Shown: positions 51,831 through 64,000 of the stretch, piece by piece | Position numbering within the stretch: the first letter of the stretch is position 1 | How the letters are laid out: each line of letters begins with the position of its first letter | DNA from: Branchiostoma floridae | Lineage: Eukaryota | Assembly (NCBI RefSeq): GCF_015852565.1 | Contig: NC_136191.1 | Span: 11,848,578 to 11,912,577 of the forward strand | Direction of reading: 5' to 3' | DNA: 64,000 nt | Position numbers and translations under genes: made by a program | Notes under the pieces: generated by a model | Seen by the model: the letters and a program-made list of their open reading frames with translations, nothing else | What the model was told of the DNA's origin: nothing | The model's database searches: none

Positions 51831-53620
51831 TAAAACTCTCCTATTGGTTCAGCTGGTCATTCAGGTCCTTTTGTCGCTGCTGTTGTGAGGCTTGTACATC
51901 TTTTTCATGTCTGCGTCTTGATATGACGTACTCGACGTAGCTCATCATGCCGTCATCGTCGGTGTCATCCTGCTCCAGGATCCTGTCCACCATGCCTTAA
52001 GACGAAGATAAATATTGTAAAATACTGTTTATCTTTTTGTTTGTGATTTACACGTAGCACCTTTGTGATATCATGAGCTTGTTGGATGTTATTTTTCATT
52101 AAGTTTTCCTCTTGCATAACTATGTTAAAACATATATTGAATACACGGAGAAAAATCTTGTTATCCATAGAACAGTACGATAGGTCGTGACGTCACATGA
52201 CAGGCCGTAAATGCTAAAATGTATTTTAACTTCTTGCTACCTTTCGTCAAAGATGGCAATCATTCTGATATTTTCCTACCTTACTAAGACAGTGACATAG
52301 GAGCAGAAATGCTCTTTAGGGGGAATCCTTATATCATAGCTACTCTGGATATCATGGGGGGATACCCGCTTAGTCACGTGCACGTTTGGGACCTCCTTAC
52401 TGCAGCGCCACCTAGGATTTTGTTTCCAGTCATGACATACGGCAGACCTGTTAGAAAGTTGAGTCTCTCCTGATGTTCTCGGTACCTCCTGGCTCGTGTC
52501 TGTTCGGGCGTCTCGTGTTCGGGCACGGGCTGTTCGGCCGGCTCTCTGTGGTAGTGCTGGTGATCAATGGCCGCCAGGATCTCTAAACCGTCCAGCTTCA
52601 AGTCGTGATCAGTGTCGTGAGATCTTCACGTGAAGGAAGGGTTGAAAAAGTCAGTGAACGACGAAAAAAAGGAAAACTTGGGAATAGAAAAAATTGACAA
52701 CAAACGAAGACAAAAAAGGCCTGGCCTTGAACGTATCGTTAGACGCTACAAGCTAGTAACGTACTTGAAGAAATGGAACTCCAGTTCCTCGGGTGACATC
52801 TGGTTGATCTGTTCCTGGGTCAGCTCCTGTACGTGTTCCTTCAGATGACTGCATGAAAATAACATTGCAAACGTATATAAGACCTGGTAACTCAACTGGT
52901 ATGGAGGGCTTTAGTAAAGTTGACGGCCGGGCTTTAGTAAAGTTGACGGCCGTCAACTTTACTAAAGCCGTATGGAGCATATGAAATGACGTTCTGTTAC
53001 GTGTTTTGTTTGCATTTGATATTCAAACGCACAAGAGGGTGGTTGAGAGGCCCAGCTGCTCCAAGTCACACGCCTATATGAGGCTCGAAAAACCTTTGTT
53101 GAGAGGTACATTTTCAGGATAGTCAAGTCTGTGAAACATTTCCTAATCGCTGTAGCAAATGTTACTCACCAACTTGATAATATGAAAATGTCATTATTTG
53201 AGGTCAGGCAAATGTTGGTTTACTTATCTCCAATCAATATGTTTTAAAAGAACAAAGGTCAGGATAAAAGTACAAATGTTTCCGTTATGTGGCCTTGTAT
53301 GTTACGGGCACCATATGTAAAATTGCAATTGAATCTTCTTGAGAAGATGGTGGAAATATTAGACTAAGTGTATTCCTCGGGTAATTAAATCAATCAAAGC
53401 GTGACTAAGTTAGTGACGTTAAAGAATAAGTCTTGTTGTGAAAATTGAATATCCATATGCTACCAGATTATGCCATATGGCTTGTATAAACACTGTTCGA
53501 CAAGAGAACTTTACCTTTTGTCCTGCACCATGGACGGATCCCGAAACCTGTTCTCATTATCAGTACCGAACACGTTATGCACCAGAAGTAGACTCACCCA
53601 GACTGCAAGACAAGACCACA
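51831..53620 (-). CDS. MCFD2-like EF-hand protein, tandem copy 2 of 4
   Basis: Exons 53514-53620 (MAGLWSCLAVWVSLLLVHNVFG...FRDPSMVQDK), 52765-52848 (SHLKEHVQELTQEQINQMSPEELEFHFFK), 52448-52623 (SHDTDHDLKLDGLEILAAIDHQHYHREPAEQPVPEHETPEQTRARRYREHQERLNFLTG), 51831-51995 (GMVDRILEQDDTDDDGMMSYVEYVISRRRHEKDVQASQQQRQKDLNDQLNQ then stop). GT-AG at all junctions. Confidence 0.8.
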
Positions 53621-54235
53621 ACCCCGCCATGACTGTGTGGACTGGGGTACTGGCGCTTTTGTCCGTTCGCTATTGTATTGGCTTCGTGTGAGGGTAAATA
53701 TGATTATTGCAGAAGTACACGTGTACTCAGAGTTAATCATTACTTATATATAACAAGTACTACCACGTAATTGAGCTGTAGTACCTGGCATTAGTGCTGT
53801 AAATTGAATTCTTCTTGGATTACATTTTAAGGGGCGTGCCCGCCTTGCGTTACGTGGTCTTTGTAGTTTAAACTCTATATCACATCAAGTTCTCAGTGTG
53901 AATTACATGTTGTGTAGTTGGCAAAGAACTTAAGATGTCACAGACTACAAGTAATACACAGTAATACACAGTACAAAGAGTGCGATTCGCATTGTGACAG
54001 GTCAAAGAAATAAATAGTGAAAAGCAGACAAAGAAAGTTTGTTCGTTTGTGACAATTTCAATGTATAGAATATCAAAGTTCTGGTCTACCTCTTTATTCT
54101 TTGCAGACAGTCCTCATTTAAAAAAGGTAAGGATACCTGAGTTATGGCTAAAACGCTTTAACAATGTATTCATTCTAGTCATGATCACATGGGACGACAA
54201 TGACATGTTTACAACTCTTCATTCATATCCGCCAT

Positions 54236-56127
54236 TTATGATGTTCCCGAGTTTTCTTGATTCCTCTTCACATTCTGCTCCCTGTGCTTGCGCGTTGAGA
54301 TGACGTACTCGATGTAGCTCATCATCCCGTCGTTATCTGTATCATCTTCTTCTAGAATCTGGTCCACCAAACCTATCAGTATAAAGGCAAACCGTTGATG
54401 CTAGAGCGTACTATAGATATGCTTTTAGATGTACATTGAGAATGTACGTCTTGTTGCACTTGGTCTTTCGCTACATTGACTTTTGACATGATTCGTCAAA
54501 GGGCATCTAATTTTTGAGTTTAAAAAATATCACATTTGACAAAATCAACAACTATTCTTCGTGATATCAAGTGGCATGTTCTTTTCTCTAGGCTCAAACG
54601 AGATGACCATCTAATGCATGGATTTTTGACAAAGAAACATTGACCTTCTATTACAAATGTCAACTCTGGTTTCTTCCTTGAACCTTCTTCTTGTTGCGGA
54701 GAAAGACATTCATCTCCAAGAGTATCTACATGTATCAGACTACTACTCTTATATTAGTTGAAACATAACGTATGTTACCTGTGTGGTACTTCAGCCGTTC
54801 ATCATCGTCAGGAGGATAGTTATATTCAGACCTATGTTCGATGGCGGCCATGATCTCCAGACCGTCCAACTTCATGTTCTTGTCACTGTCGTGGGACCTG
54901 GTGAGAGGACGATTTAGCATAAGTATTAACTTAAATACACTTGTAAGCTGTATAACTAAGTGTTAGCTACTCTGTATTTGCTTCTGTAGGGATGAGGGTT
55001 TCGTGTCCCAAAACTTTAAAGCTTTTAAAAAATCTTTATGGCTGTATATGTATTTGTCTTATCTTTTCTATGGTGTCTTTATCTCCAGCATATTCTAATG
55101 AATATGAATGAGTGAACGAATTTGCTCAAGCCACTGACTTACTTGAAGAAGTGCCACTCCAGTTCCTCAGGTGACATCTGGCTGATCTGTTCCTCTGTCA
55201 ACTCTTGTACGTGTTCCTTCAGGTGACTGCAACAAAACGGTAATACAAATTGAGACGTCGGCCATTATCCACATGACTATATATACAATGTAGCCTTTGC
55301 GTTCTTCCGCTGTCTCTCCAAACAGAGTTATAAGTAACAGATAACAGAGTAACAGACCCATCTGCTGTTGTTCACACGCTACAACGGGCTCTTACACTAA
55401 ACACCCACATATGCAAGTGGCGGAAAAAGTACTAATTAAGATATGTCAGCCATAATTTGGGGTCATTTGTGCCTCGCATGATTGTTGATTATGAGGGCAG
55501 CAACTGGTATTGGTCCATATGTTGTAATCAGTCCCAATGGCGCAACAACATGTCATGCCAAAATATGTAGTCTGACGTAGGCTTACTTATTCTTTACAAC
55601 ATCTTATTTTAACCATGCGATTACGGCATCCTGATAACACAAATACATATGTAAAATAGAATTGAATATAAAGGAATGTACGAGACTACATAACGTAATA
55701 TCGTTTCCCCTAGTATGGAATAATGGACTGAGAGAGCAAAGAAGGGGCTCTCATGCATGCAATGAAAATTCAGAAATTGTGTTGAGCCAAGTTAGTCTGA
55801 TCCAGCGTTCCTCACTCCTCTGTCTGAAATTCTAACCACCTGATGTTCCGAGAAAAAAAGCGTTTCTGTCCTTAGTCAGACCACGTGCACGACTATGAAA
55901 CCGCCAATTATAATCCTCTGTTATGTCCCAGAACTGTCTGTCTATTCCATATGTTAACGTTATACATGTTCACACATATCTACCTACCCTTTATCCTGGA
56001 CCATGGATGGATCCCGAAACCTGTTGGTGTCCCCCTCCGCTGTAGACACCGCTGTCGGTACCAGGAGGAGGTAAGTACCGAAGGCGGCTAACAGAGCGAA
56101 CGGTAACCGGGGCTGAGGCATGGCCAT
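54236..56127 (-). CDS. MCFD2-like EF-hand protein, tandem copy 3 of 4
   Basis: Exons 55988-56127 (MAMPQPRLPFALLAAFGTYLLLVPTAVSTAEG...FRDPSMVQDK), 55143-55226 (SHLKEHVQELTEEQISQMSPEELEWHFFK), 54778-54897 (SHDSDKNMKLDGLEIMAAIEHRSEYNYPPDDDERLKYHTG), 54236-54372 (GLVDQILEEDDTDNDGMMSYIEYVISTRKHREQNVKRNQENSGTS then stop). Confidence 0.8.
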
Positions 56128-56959
56128 AGTGAAGACTAGTACTATTCTACACGCACATGCTCGTGTCGTGAGTGTCTGTTTGAGTATAGTATTTGCACTT
56201 GTGTTTAATCTTTAATGCATCACGATGACGTGCTCCACACGTGACAAGTTTATTAATTTTGATATCTTCAACAATATAACCAAGTTCAACAAGGAACAGT
56301 TTTATTGCGTTTTGTAAGATACTACATAGTCTACTTCTTGATACCAAGTGGACATTGTATATTCAGCGGTTCTACTAGTTCATCTTACCTTATGGTTAGG
56401 TTAGATACATGCATATGCTATATGAACAATTCATTGAAAGTACACACACCTATAAAACTATTATCATGGCATCAGTATGATAAGACTTCAAGGCAGGGTA
56501 CGTAAATGTTGTATATAGATAAAAGGGAGTATAATTATTGTATTTCACACTAGGTGATCATCATCAAATGACCAATCCTTTGAAAAAGATCTTCAGGCTA
56601 GCGCTATCGACATAGAGCGCTTAACCGTGAAATCACCGTGTTATTTTCGCTCAGATGCTTAGCCCCCTTAACTCTTCCTTTTCAACGTTCAAGGCGGGTC
56701 GTTAGGTCTTATACACAGTTTCGTCGAATTCCTTTCAAGTTGTACTTAAAACGGTGAGCATGGGATAACCTGTCACACGTATGCTTACGAGCGTACATGT
56801 TTAACGTTATATATCGCTATCCGGATCCCTCAATTATTTTACAAACAGGTGCCTTCAGATGTATGTCTGGTTATTAACGATTGTGAGCATTGGCTGCACG
56901 TGCCATATATTTCTAATTTCATCAACTTCTTCTACTTTTTCTACATCTAATGTAATAGC

Positions 56960-58540
56960 ACTGGTAAATTTAATTTCCCTGTTGTTCTTTTTGTTTCCTT
57001 TCCGCCTCTCTTTGTTTCCGTGCAGCTTCAGCCTCGACTTCGCGCCTTCTCCTGGCAATGACGTATTCAATCCAGCTGATCATGCCGTCATCATCGGAGT
57101 CATCGTCCGCAAGGATCTTGTCTACCATACCTGCGCAGTGGAAACAGCGAAAATTCTAGCGGAGACAGACCAGCATTTTCGTAGAGGGGGTATTGAAAAA
57201 ATTGTATTGGGAGGATTAGACCATTGATTTACCCAAGAGATGTTACAAAAAAAGGTGGCAAAGGTCCAGAAAGTTCAAAAGCTGACCGGGTAAAAATCAA
57301 ACGAACAATATTTTAGTTTAACTTAATATTTGCTTCAAAGTCAAACTGTACTGCCTATTAGGTAGTTCAAGTCCTTCACACACCATATGTTGTATATTGT
57401 GGCGCCCATCTCCGTTTCTATACCACTTGGCTACACAGCTGAGAAAGCTCTACATCAGTGGCTAGTCCATATGAAAGTTCTGTTTGTACCTGTATAGTAC
57501 TCCATCCTCTCGTTATAGTCAGGAGGGTAGTTATACTCGGATTGATGCTCGATGGCGGCCATGATCTCCAGTCCGTCCAACTTCAGGTTCTTGTCACCGT
57601 CGTGAGATCTGTCGTTAACGACAAAAGCATAAGCCTTTTTTTATGTGATTTTATCCAGCCACGCTTAGGCTTTGGTCCCATTTCCGAAACGGGACCCGGC
57701 CGGAATGTTTACAGAAATGAAAAAAAAAGTGTTCACCAAGGAATATACACGATTGATTAAGTCTCCTGACTAATTTTTCTACGTTCTGTGTGTTTTGTTG
57801 CCTTTCTTCATCATATTTTTGTTTCCTAAAGCTGCCCGGCCGGGCCCTGGGTTGGGCCTAAGGATGACCTGTAGATATGGTACATACTTGATGTCAGCGA
57901 TATAATACAGTCTGTCATTATACTCGATTAGCAGATCGATAGAGGTTTCTGAAAAGGATGTACTTACTTGAAGAAGTGGAACTCTACTTCTTCAGGTGAC
58001 ATCTGGTTGATCTGTTCTTCAGTCAGCTCTTGGACGTGTTCCTTTAGGTGACTACGGGAAATATTAAGTTCAGGATTTAACTATGCAGCTGGTGCTGTAA
58101 CCATACATATTACATGCTTTCCTTCGGAGTTGGAAGGGGGGTGCCAGCTGTGCCCGTTCACACTCTATGGGCTTACAGGCCGCAAATCCGTTAGATTATA
58201 AATGAAATTTTAAAAATAACAGAAACCTTTACGTCAAAAACACAGCACAAGAATGATAAAGACCCGTACCAATCGAAATAGACATATCCACAGTATGATT
58301 CATTACCTTCTGCACATTGTAACAATGAAGTAAAAAAAAAGTTAAAGATCCTAATGTAACGCTACCCATATTGTTCCATATGGTAATCTGAACATTAAGA
58401 CAGAACCATAAAAACTCACTGTTTATCCTGTATCATTTCCGGATCCCGAAACTTGTTGCTTGGAGTATCTCCGGTGCCAGTACTTAATGCGTTCGGCACA
58501 AGAAACAGGAAGGCACCGAGGGTCGCCGTCAAACGACATA
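56960..58540 (-). CDS. MCFD2-like EF-hand protein, tandem copy 4 of 4
   Basis: Exons 58441-58540 (MEFLCRLTATLGAFLFLVPNALSTGTGDTPSNKFRDPEMIQDK, donor GTGAGT), 57968-58061 (HLKEHVQELTEEQINQMSPEEVEFHFFK), 57490-57608 (SHDGDKNLKLDGLEIMAAIEHQSEYNYPPDYNERMEYYTG), 56960-57130 (GMVDKILADDDSDDDGMISWIEYVIARRRREVEAEAARKQREAERKQKEQQGN then stop). Confidence 0.8.
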
Positions 58541-59745
58541 AAAACTCCATGATAGCAGCTTAAAATTTGTTCCGCTAGTGCCTTACTACTACAAGCCGCA
58601 TGTGAGTATCGAGTATGTGTGCCGAAATTAATCTTTAACCGCGCTGTGCGCCCGCACCCACGTGTTTTAAACACTCGATAGTGCTTTGCTTACACAAGTA
58701 TAAAAACAATTGACAATACATAGTTATTGTAAGGTGTCCGATTCTGGGTGTCGTGAGAATGAAAACCATTGGGACATGATGTAAAGGGTATCTAAATTTA
58801 TTATGAACAATTCTTGAGTTTTTCACACTTTCAGCCTTGCCATAGTAACCTTTCATTGGAAGGTAACTGAAATGCGGACAGTTAGGAAGACGAAGGTACA
58901 AAATGCCATGAAAACACACGTGAAACATGCAGCCGAACCTTGCATCTGCTTGAAGATTATCGAAACGCTCCCAGCAACTCCCAGCAAGGGATTGTAGTAA
59001 TTTGTTTAAGTAAGATGCGATTTTAGTTTATAAAAATAGTTAGACTATGTGACAGTAGACACAAATACCAAATAAGAACATGTCAGTAACTGTGACCAGA
59101 AGCACCATGGCCATTTACAGCATCTATGACTTTGGCAGCTAGCCTACGCAACTCTACATGGTGACCATTATGCCACATTCTGTGTGGACTAATAAGAACA
59201 GGAAGGGCGTTGCCCATATGTACAATGACACCCCTTCTATCTTCTATGACACCACCATAATGGGACTGTTATGATATAGTAATGGTATGTGATATGGGCT
59301 ATGGTTAGGGGGAGGGGGGAAACGACACTACCCAAACGCCTTGTCACAGATGTCATTCAGAGTTCAGAGTTTTGGAAAAAATGACTCCGTGTTAAATACA
59401 TTTCGCAGTTGACATTTGAATTAAGCGACGCCCACCTCATATAACATTTTGTGAGGTTTATTATAGCAATTAAATAACATTGTTCTACATGGCCTACGTC
59501 ATTACGATAAAAATATAAGAGTTACATTATGTTAAATATGTTCTCTCGTTGTAGTTCATTTGACTCTTTTTCTACCAACAAAAATGCACGCATAGAAAGT
59601 TCTGGTCGTCCTGGTAAAGATGTGTAATGGAGATATTATGATGTGGTACAGCCCCCACACATGTTCTATAAGGAATGAGGGATTCACCAGTTTAGTAACA
59701 CGCCTATACATAACGGGATGACTAGTGATGACCGCCATCGCGCCT

Positions 59746-59881
59746 CTATATATATCCCCGGGGAACAGCTGCACAGTACAGTCCCCAGGGTCGCGCCGTG
59801 CGGCCGCCAATTCAGATTTCTGCACAATTTTCTACAGACAAAGACACTTCAAAACATCGCAAGCTCTCAAGTAACGACAAG
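59746..59881 (+). promoter_or_regulatory. TATA-box promoter and non-coding first exon of the downstream Ig-FN3 muscle-type gene
   Basis: TATATATA at 59746-59755 in a GC-rich context (ccccggggaacagctgcacagtacagtcc follows). An exon-like segment ends at a consensus donor acgacaag|GTAAGA (59881/59882). The next acceptor (ttttctcag at about 60830) precedes a 5' UTR and the ATG at 60877. Confidence 0.45.
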
Positions 59882-60876
59882 GTAAGAAACTGTTGATCCC
59901 TCTAAGTAGTGTTTAAGCGTTATTGTGTGTTTCGCTGTACATTTTTGTACCAAAGACAAGCAACAGTAAGTTATGTGCACTGCGTTTGTGACATTGTTAT
60001 GATAGACAGGGACAGATGTTTGATGATGAGCTCTCCATGAAATATAGTTTATTTCTAACCCCCCTCCCCAATACCCCCTAACATGAAGAATATCCTTTTT
60101 ACAATTGCCAAATAAATTGAACGACTAATGTAAAGTTCTATCATGTTTTGTATCACTTCGGAAGTGATATAACTTGAATAACATTTCATTGCCATTAAGT
60201 TATTTCTGGTGGTAGCAATATTTGTGTCGTAACGCTACCTATTGTTGCATTTAGTCTTTCATGGTATGGCTGTGTCTTTTGAAGTTTATGAAAATGATAC
60301 ATTCTAAACATTGCCTCCTAGACACCTTAGATAGCGTTAACGTTTCATTCAACCCATGGCTATGGCCGATCGTATGCCATGATTTCAGTAGCATACGACA
60401 TAGTTCTTATACAACAAAGAACATTCTGGTCTCTGACAACCGGTACCAACTAATTATGTGTCACGATACCGCTATTGGTGGGAAATTTTAGCTGATTTAT
60501 AGCCGTTACTGTTATGAAACAGTGAGCTTCTGAGCAGGCGCGATTCTCCATTAATGCAGTCTAGACAAATGTCAATTCCAATGGTTCAAGAAAATATCGA
60601 GCTAAATCTAGCCGCGTATTAATTTTTTTCAATAGCTCGCAGTGGAAATGTGGTCAAGTTACAGCAATGTTCCTACACAACGATTTCCTTCTAAATTTAT
60701 ATGCCCATGAATCTATATAGCTATACTCTTGCTCTGAATGTGTTCACATGTTTGTGTTTACCACCCGCGATATGGAGTGGTGCACCATCTTGTCGAAATT
60801 ATTGCGTGATGATTAGTTTCTTTTTCTCAGGTAAAAGATTGCCAGGCTTGTGACAAGCAAAGAACAAAACAACATT

Positions 60877-63800
60877 ATGTCAGGTGGAATGAAAACCCTG
60901 CGCATCAAGTCCGGAAATGACATCAAACTTGATCTGCCAATCAGCGGGGACCCTCCACCGACGGTCACGTGGTATAAGGATAACAAAGAGTTGCGTAATT
61001 TGGGCCGATACAGCATCCGGAACACCCCCATTTCTACCATACTGAAGGTGCGGGGTGCAGACTGGACAGACGCGGGAGTATATACACTAAAGGTAATGGC
61101 ACTTTGAATGACACAACTACACTGATACATACTTCTTGAATTGAATCATAAGTGGATAACATCATCAGATGACTTTAGGAATGAGTCAATAATGTTTTTC
61201 CTCCGCCTTGCTCCGACTCACTAACCTATTGCATATTGACGACAAACAAAAACATATCTGAGACAGACTTGAATAAGAAATTCTACTGAATGAAATAATT
61301 TGTGTGAAATGAATTTCAGCAATTGAACTTGGTGTGAAGGGAGTTGGGTACCAGGAGAATGCACACGACAAAGTCCATGTGAATATTTGTTGCGCTTTAC
61401 ACTCTTAACAAAACTTGCCTCTTCCCTTTTTTCCAGATTTCTAATGAGTTGGGAACCAACAAGGCCGATATAAAGATTGAGGTGATTGGTCCTCCCGACC
61501 CCCCTAAGGGCCCCCTGACAGTCAGTGACGTCACCGCTGAAACTGCTGTGCTGACATGGGCACCACCACAGTACGACGGCGGAGCGGAGGTAACATGGTG
61601 CTTTTTTGGCGACACCTCAATGGTGGAGCCGATGATACAGTACTAGTGTTACCATCGAGTTGAAAATGTTCTAAGAACTCCTACTATGTGTTCGTTTAAA
61701 ATTAGTTTTGGGCCACGCCTCATGAGCTCAAGCGTCTGGTTCACGCATTCCTTGTTCAGGGCTAGCACGACTCTACGTGACGTATCAATACATTTACGGT
61801 TGCTGATTTTCAGGTGATGAACTACGTTGTTGAGAAGACGGACAGTTTCGGGTTGACCTGGGTGTTCGTGAACACAAACGTACAGAGGAACACGATCCGT
61901 GTGACCGGGCTGATCCCTGATGGGGAGTACAAGTTCAGGATCAGCGCAGAAAACAGGTGAGTCATAAAGGTCAATCTATTGGATCCTTTCGTTGAGCCCT
62001 TATGACAGGTCGTTCAGTGTAATATAACCATCTACTGCCGCACCGCGTGCCTGCGAAACTGGTGTGTTACGTTGAAGGGCGGTTATACGGCTATATAGAT
62101 ACAGATACAGGTTATTACCACGTCATAGAGCATGATCATCACTAGCTAGATGTCATGACGTGGTAGTTTCTACACCTGACGATGTGTTTTGTTCAAGGTT
62201 TGGCACGGGACGTCCCATCGAGACTGACGTCATCGTAGCCAAGAACCCGTACGACATCCCGCCCTCCCCCCGAGGCGTGCGGATAGTGGATGCGACCGGT
62301 GAAACCATCATATTGGCATGGCGACCGCCTGCAGACGACGGCGGGTCAGAGATCACAGGTCAGTATCAACCAATCAAGTACGGCTGAGACCTTTATCTGA
62401 AGTTTCTCTAATTTCTGTGAATGAATGTTCTCAATTCTCTAAAGATAACTTTATTCCATATTTATTATATTTTTCTACCCAGGTTACATTGTGGAACGAC
62501 GTGAGAAGACCAGCCGCCGCTGGGTGAAAGTTAACAAAACTCCCGTCAGGAAACTGGAGATCCGTTCACAGGGGCTCGTGAAGGTATTCCTCGCGCTTTG
62601 ATAAAGCACCACAAATAGCGCTTCATTTTCAAACGTCACGAGCAACCGCAATGTTGGTAGCGTTGTTAGATCCAAGATGGCGACCAATCACTCCGAATCC
62701 GAACTATCAACTATTTTTTTTCAAAATCATTCTGGTACATATATATATTCTCTAAATATTCAGGGTCAAAATCAAGCATGTATTGGTTAAGAAAAATTAC
62801 GTCGCATAATGGTTTTGCACGCTCCTTTAAACACACCATGGCGGAAGTTTGCACAGTTGACATCGTTAAAACACCTATTTTGTTTTTGCAACCGGCATTG
62901 TTTTCGTATCATTTGTTGGTGAGTGTTTTCTACTAGTTACGATGAACATGCTGGTGCCCATCTAAAACTACCACGCTTCCTGTACGTTCCCAGGGCCTGG
63001 AGTACGAGCACAGGGTGAGCGCAGTGAACGCAGCCGGAGTGGGGACCCCTAGCGAACCAACCGAGCTGGTGGAGATCATTGATCCCGTTGACGAACCGAC
63101 TGAATTGAAGGTGAGAATTTGCATTCGCTTTGTTTTGTTTTGTGGTGCTCAAAATAAGACGTTATTCTAAACACTGTTGTTTTTCGCTTTCATAGCTCAG
63201 ATGTGGACAAACTTGTACCATCTCTCCCCCAGGTTACAGAGGTATCCAGGAATTCGGTGTCGTTGAAGTGGACAAGGCCCCTTAGCGACGGAGGAAGCCG
63301 CATCGTGACGTACATCATCGAGCGACGTCAAATGAAGGATGCTGAGGAGACTTGGCTGCTCTGTAACGACTCGAACGTGCAAGACACCAACTTCACTGTG
63401 GGGAACCTGTTAACGGATGAGGTCATCGTCTTTAGGTAAGGACCAGATTTGGTTTTTTCTGCAATCTTTTTTATCCCCTTCTTAAAAATAAAAAGACATC
63501 AACAAAGGAACAGCATGACAGAATCGATGCAAAACTAAATAGGATGAGCTTTCTACCTTTAGGGCTATAGGTGCACATCTGGTGGCTGTGACGTAGCAAT
63601 GACGTAATCAAATGTCAGCCATATCGGTTGCTCTAGTAAAGACGCATGTAAACACATAAGTCATTTTGTGAGTACTTTTCAGTATCCAGTCCAATAAATA
63701 TGACAACACCACAATCTCGTCCCCCACCCTCCTTCAAAATCATACTCCTTTATGTTGAAATTTATGAATATTTTTGTTATATGTACGCACCATTATCAAA

Positions 63801-64000
63801 TCATATTAAATCTCCACTCCAGGGTGTCTGCCCGTAACGCCGCCGGGGTCGTCAGTAAGCCCAGCGAACCCACCCCGCCAGTGGTGCTGAGGGACGAGGA
63901 ACGCCCGCCTGTGGTGCAGGTGATGCAATTTTGTATTGTCTTGATTTAGCAGAGATGATGGAAGACATTTGATGTATCGCAGCTGCTGTATCATTACAGT
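60877..64000 (+). CDS. Titin/twitchin-family muscle protein, N-terminal part (one Ig domain followed by FN3 domains); continues beyond the window
   Basis: Exons 60877-61092 (MSGGMKTLRIKSGNDIKLDLPISGDPPPTVTWYKDNKELRNLGRYSIRNTPISTILKVRGADWTDAGVYTLK, an I-set Ig domain), 61437-61589 (IGPPDPPKGPLTVSDVTAETAVLTWAPPQYDGGAE, FN3 start), 61814-61951, 62197-62358 (PPSPRGVRIVDATGETIILAWRPPADDGGSEITG), 62484-62583, 62993-63110, 63233-63435 (VTEVSRNSVSLKWTRPLSDGGSRIVTYIIERRQ...), 63821-63919 (VSARNAAGVVSKPSEPTPPVVLRDEERPPVVQ), then a donor. The PxxP...W...P..DGGS..I..Y..E motifs are characteristic of titin/twitchin/projectin FN3 repeats. Phases are consistent across junctions. Confidence 0.8.

Noticed and set aside
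60831-60876. Extension of the titin-like CDS upstream of the ATG at 60877 via the acceptor at about 60830
   Set aside because: In the Ig-domain frame, a TAA stop follows that acceptor immediately (gg|taa). The segment is therefore 5' UTR and translation most likely starts at 60877.
1-64000. Possibility that the window contains a prokaryotic defence or other operon-type system
   Set aside because: All recognisable genes are split by GT-AG spliceosomal introns with polypyrimidine tracts. Gene density is low, and there are polyA signals, a TATA promoter and metazoan protein families (collagen, titin-like, MCFD2, B3GLCT). The sequence is clearly eukaryotic, and the long six-frame ORFs are mostly exon fragments or repeat artefacts.

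Overview
This window is a eukaryotic (metazoan, probably invertebrate) nuclear sequence, not a prokaryotic island. Every convincing coding region is split by GT-AG introns, so the six-frame ORF track mostly shows exon fragments and repeat artefacts. I recognise six gene regions by their translated exons. (1) A beta-1,3-glucosyltransferase (B3GLCT-like, two fringe-like GT31 domains, C-terminal HTEL ER-retention signal) lies on the minus strand across 1207-12405, with large repeat-filled introns. (2) A TBC/Rab-GAP-like gene with a C-terminal coiled coil lies on the plus strand from 12893 to about 19354 or 20946, head-to-head with gene 1 across a roughly 490-bp bidirectional promoter. (3) An EMI-domain short collagen (EMID1/COL26A1-like) lies on the plus strand at 34459-44879, with a 7.7-kb first intron full of palindromes and a (GAT)n microsatellite in intron 2. 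(4) A tandem array of four MCFD2-like EF-hand genes lies on the minus strand across 49005-58540. (5) The 5' end of a titin/twitchin-family Ig-FN3 repeat gene lies on the plus strand from 60877 to the window edge, with its own TATA promoter and a non-coding first exon. (6) An isolated intronless 385-aa ORF at 46950-48107 is preceded by a 48-bp minisatellite; its product is uncertain, possibly a Cys/His peptidase-like protein derived from a mobile element. Two further things stand out: the 21-31 kb gene-poor stretch carries a cluster of six CCAAT motifs followed by tandemly duplicated CpG-rich non-coding exon-like modules, and the non-coding DNA is rich in repeats (MITE-like foldback elements, a non-LTR retrotransposon 3' tail fragment, mini- and microsatellites, and a roughly 150-bp near-perfect palindrome). 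I found no rRNA, CRISPR or prokaryotic defence system, and I could not confidently call a tRNA by eye.
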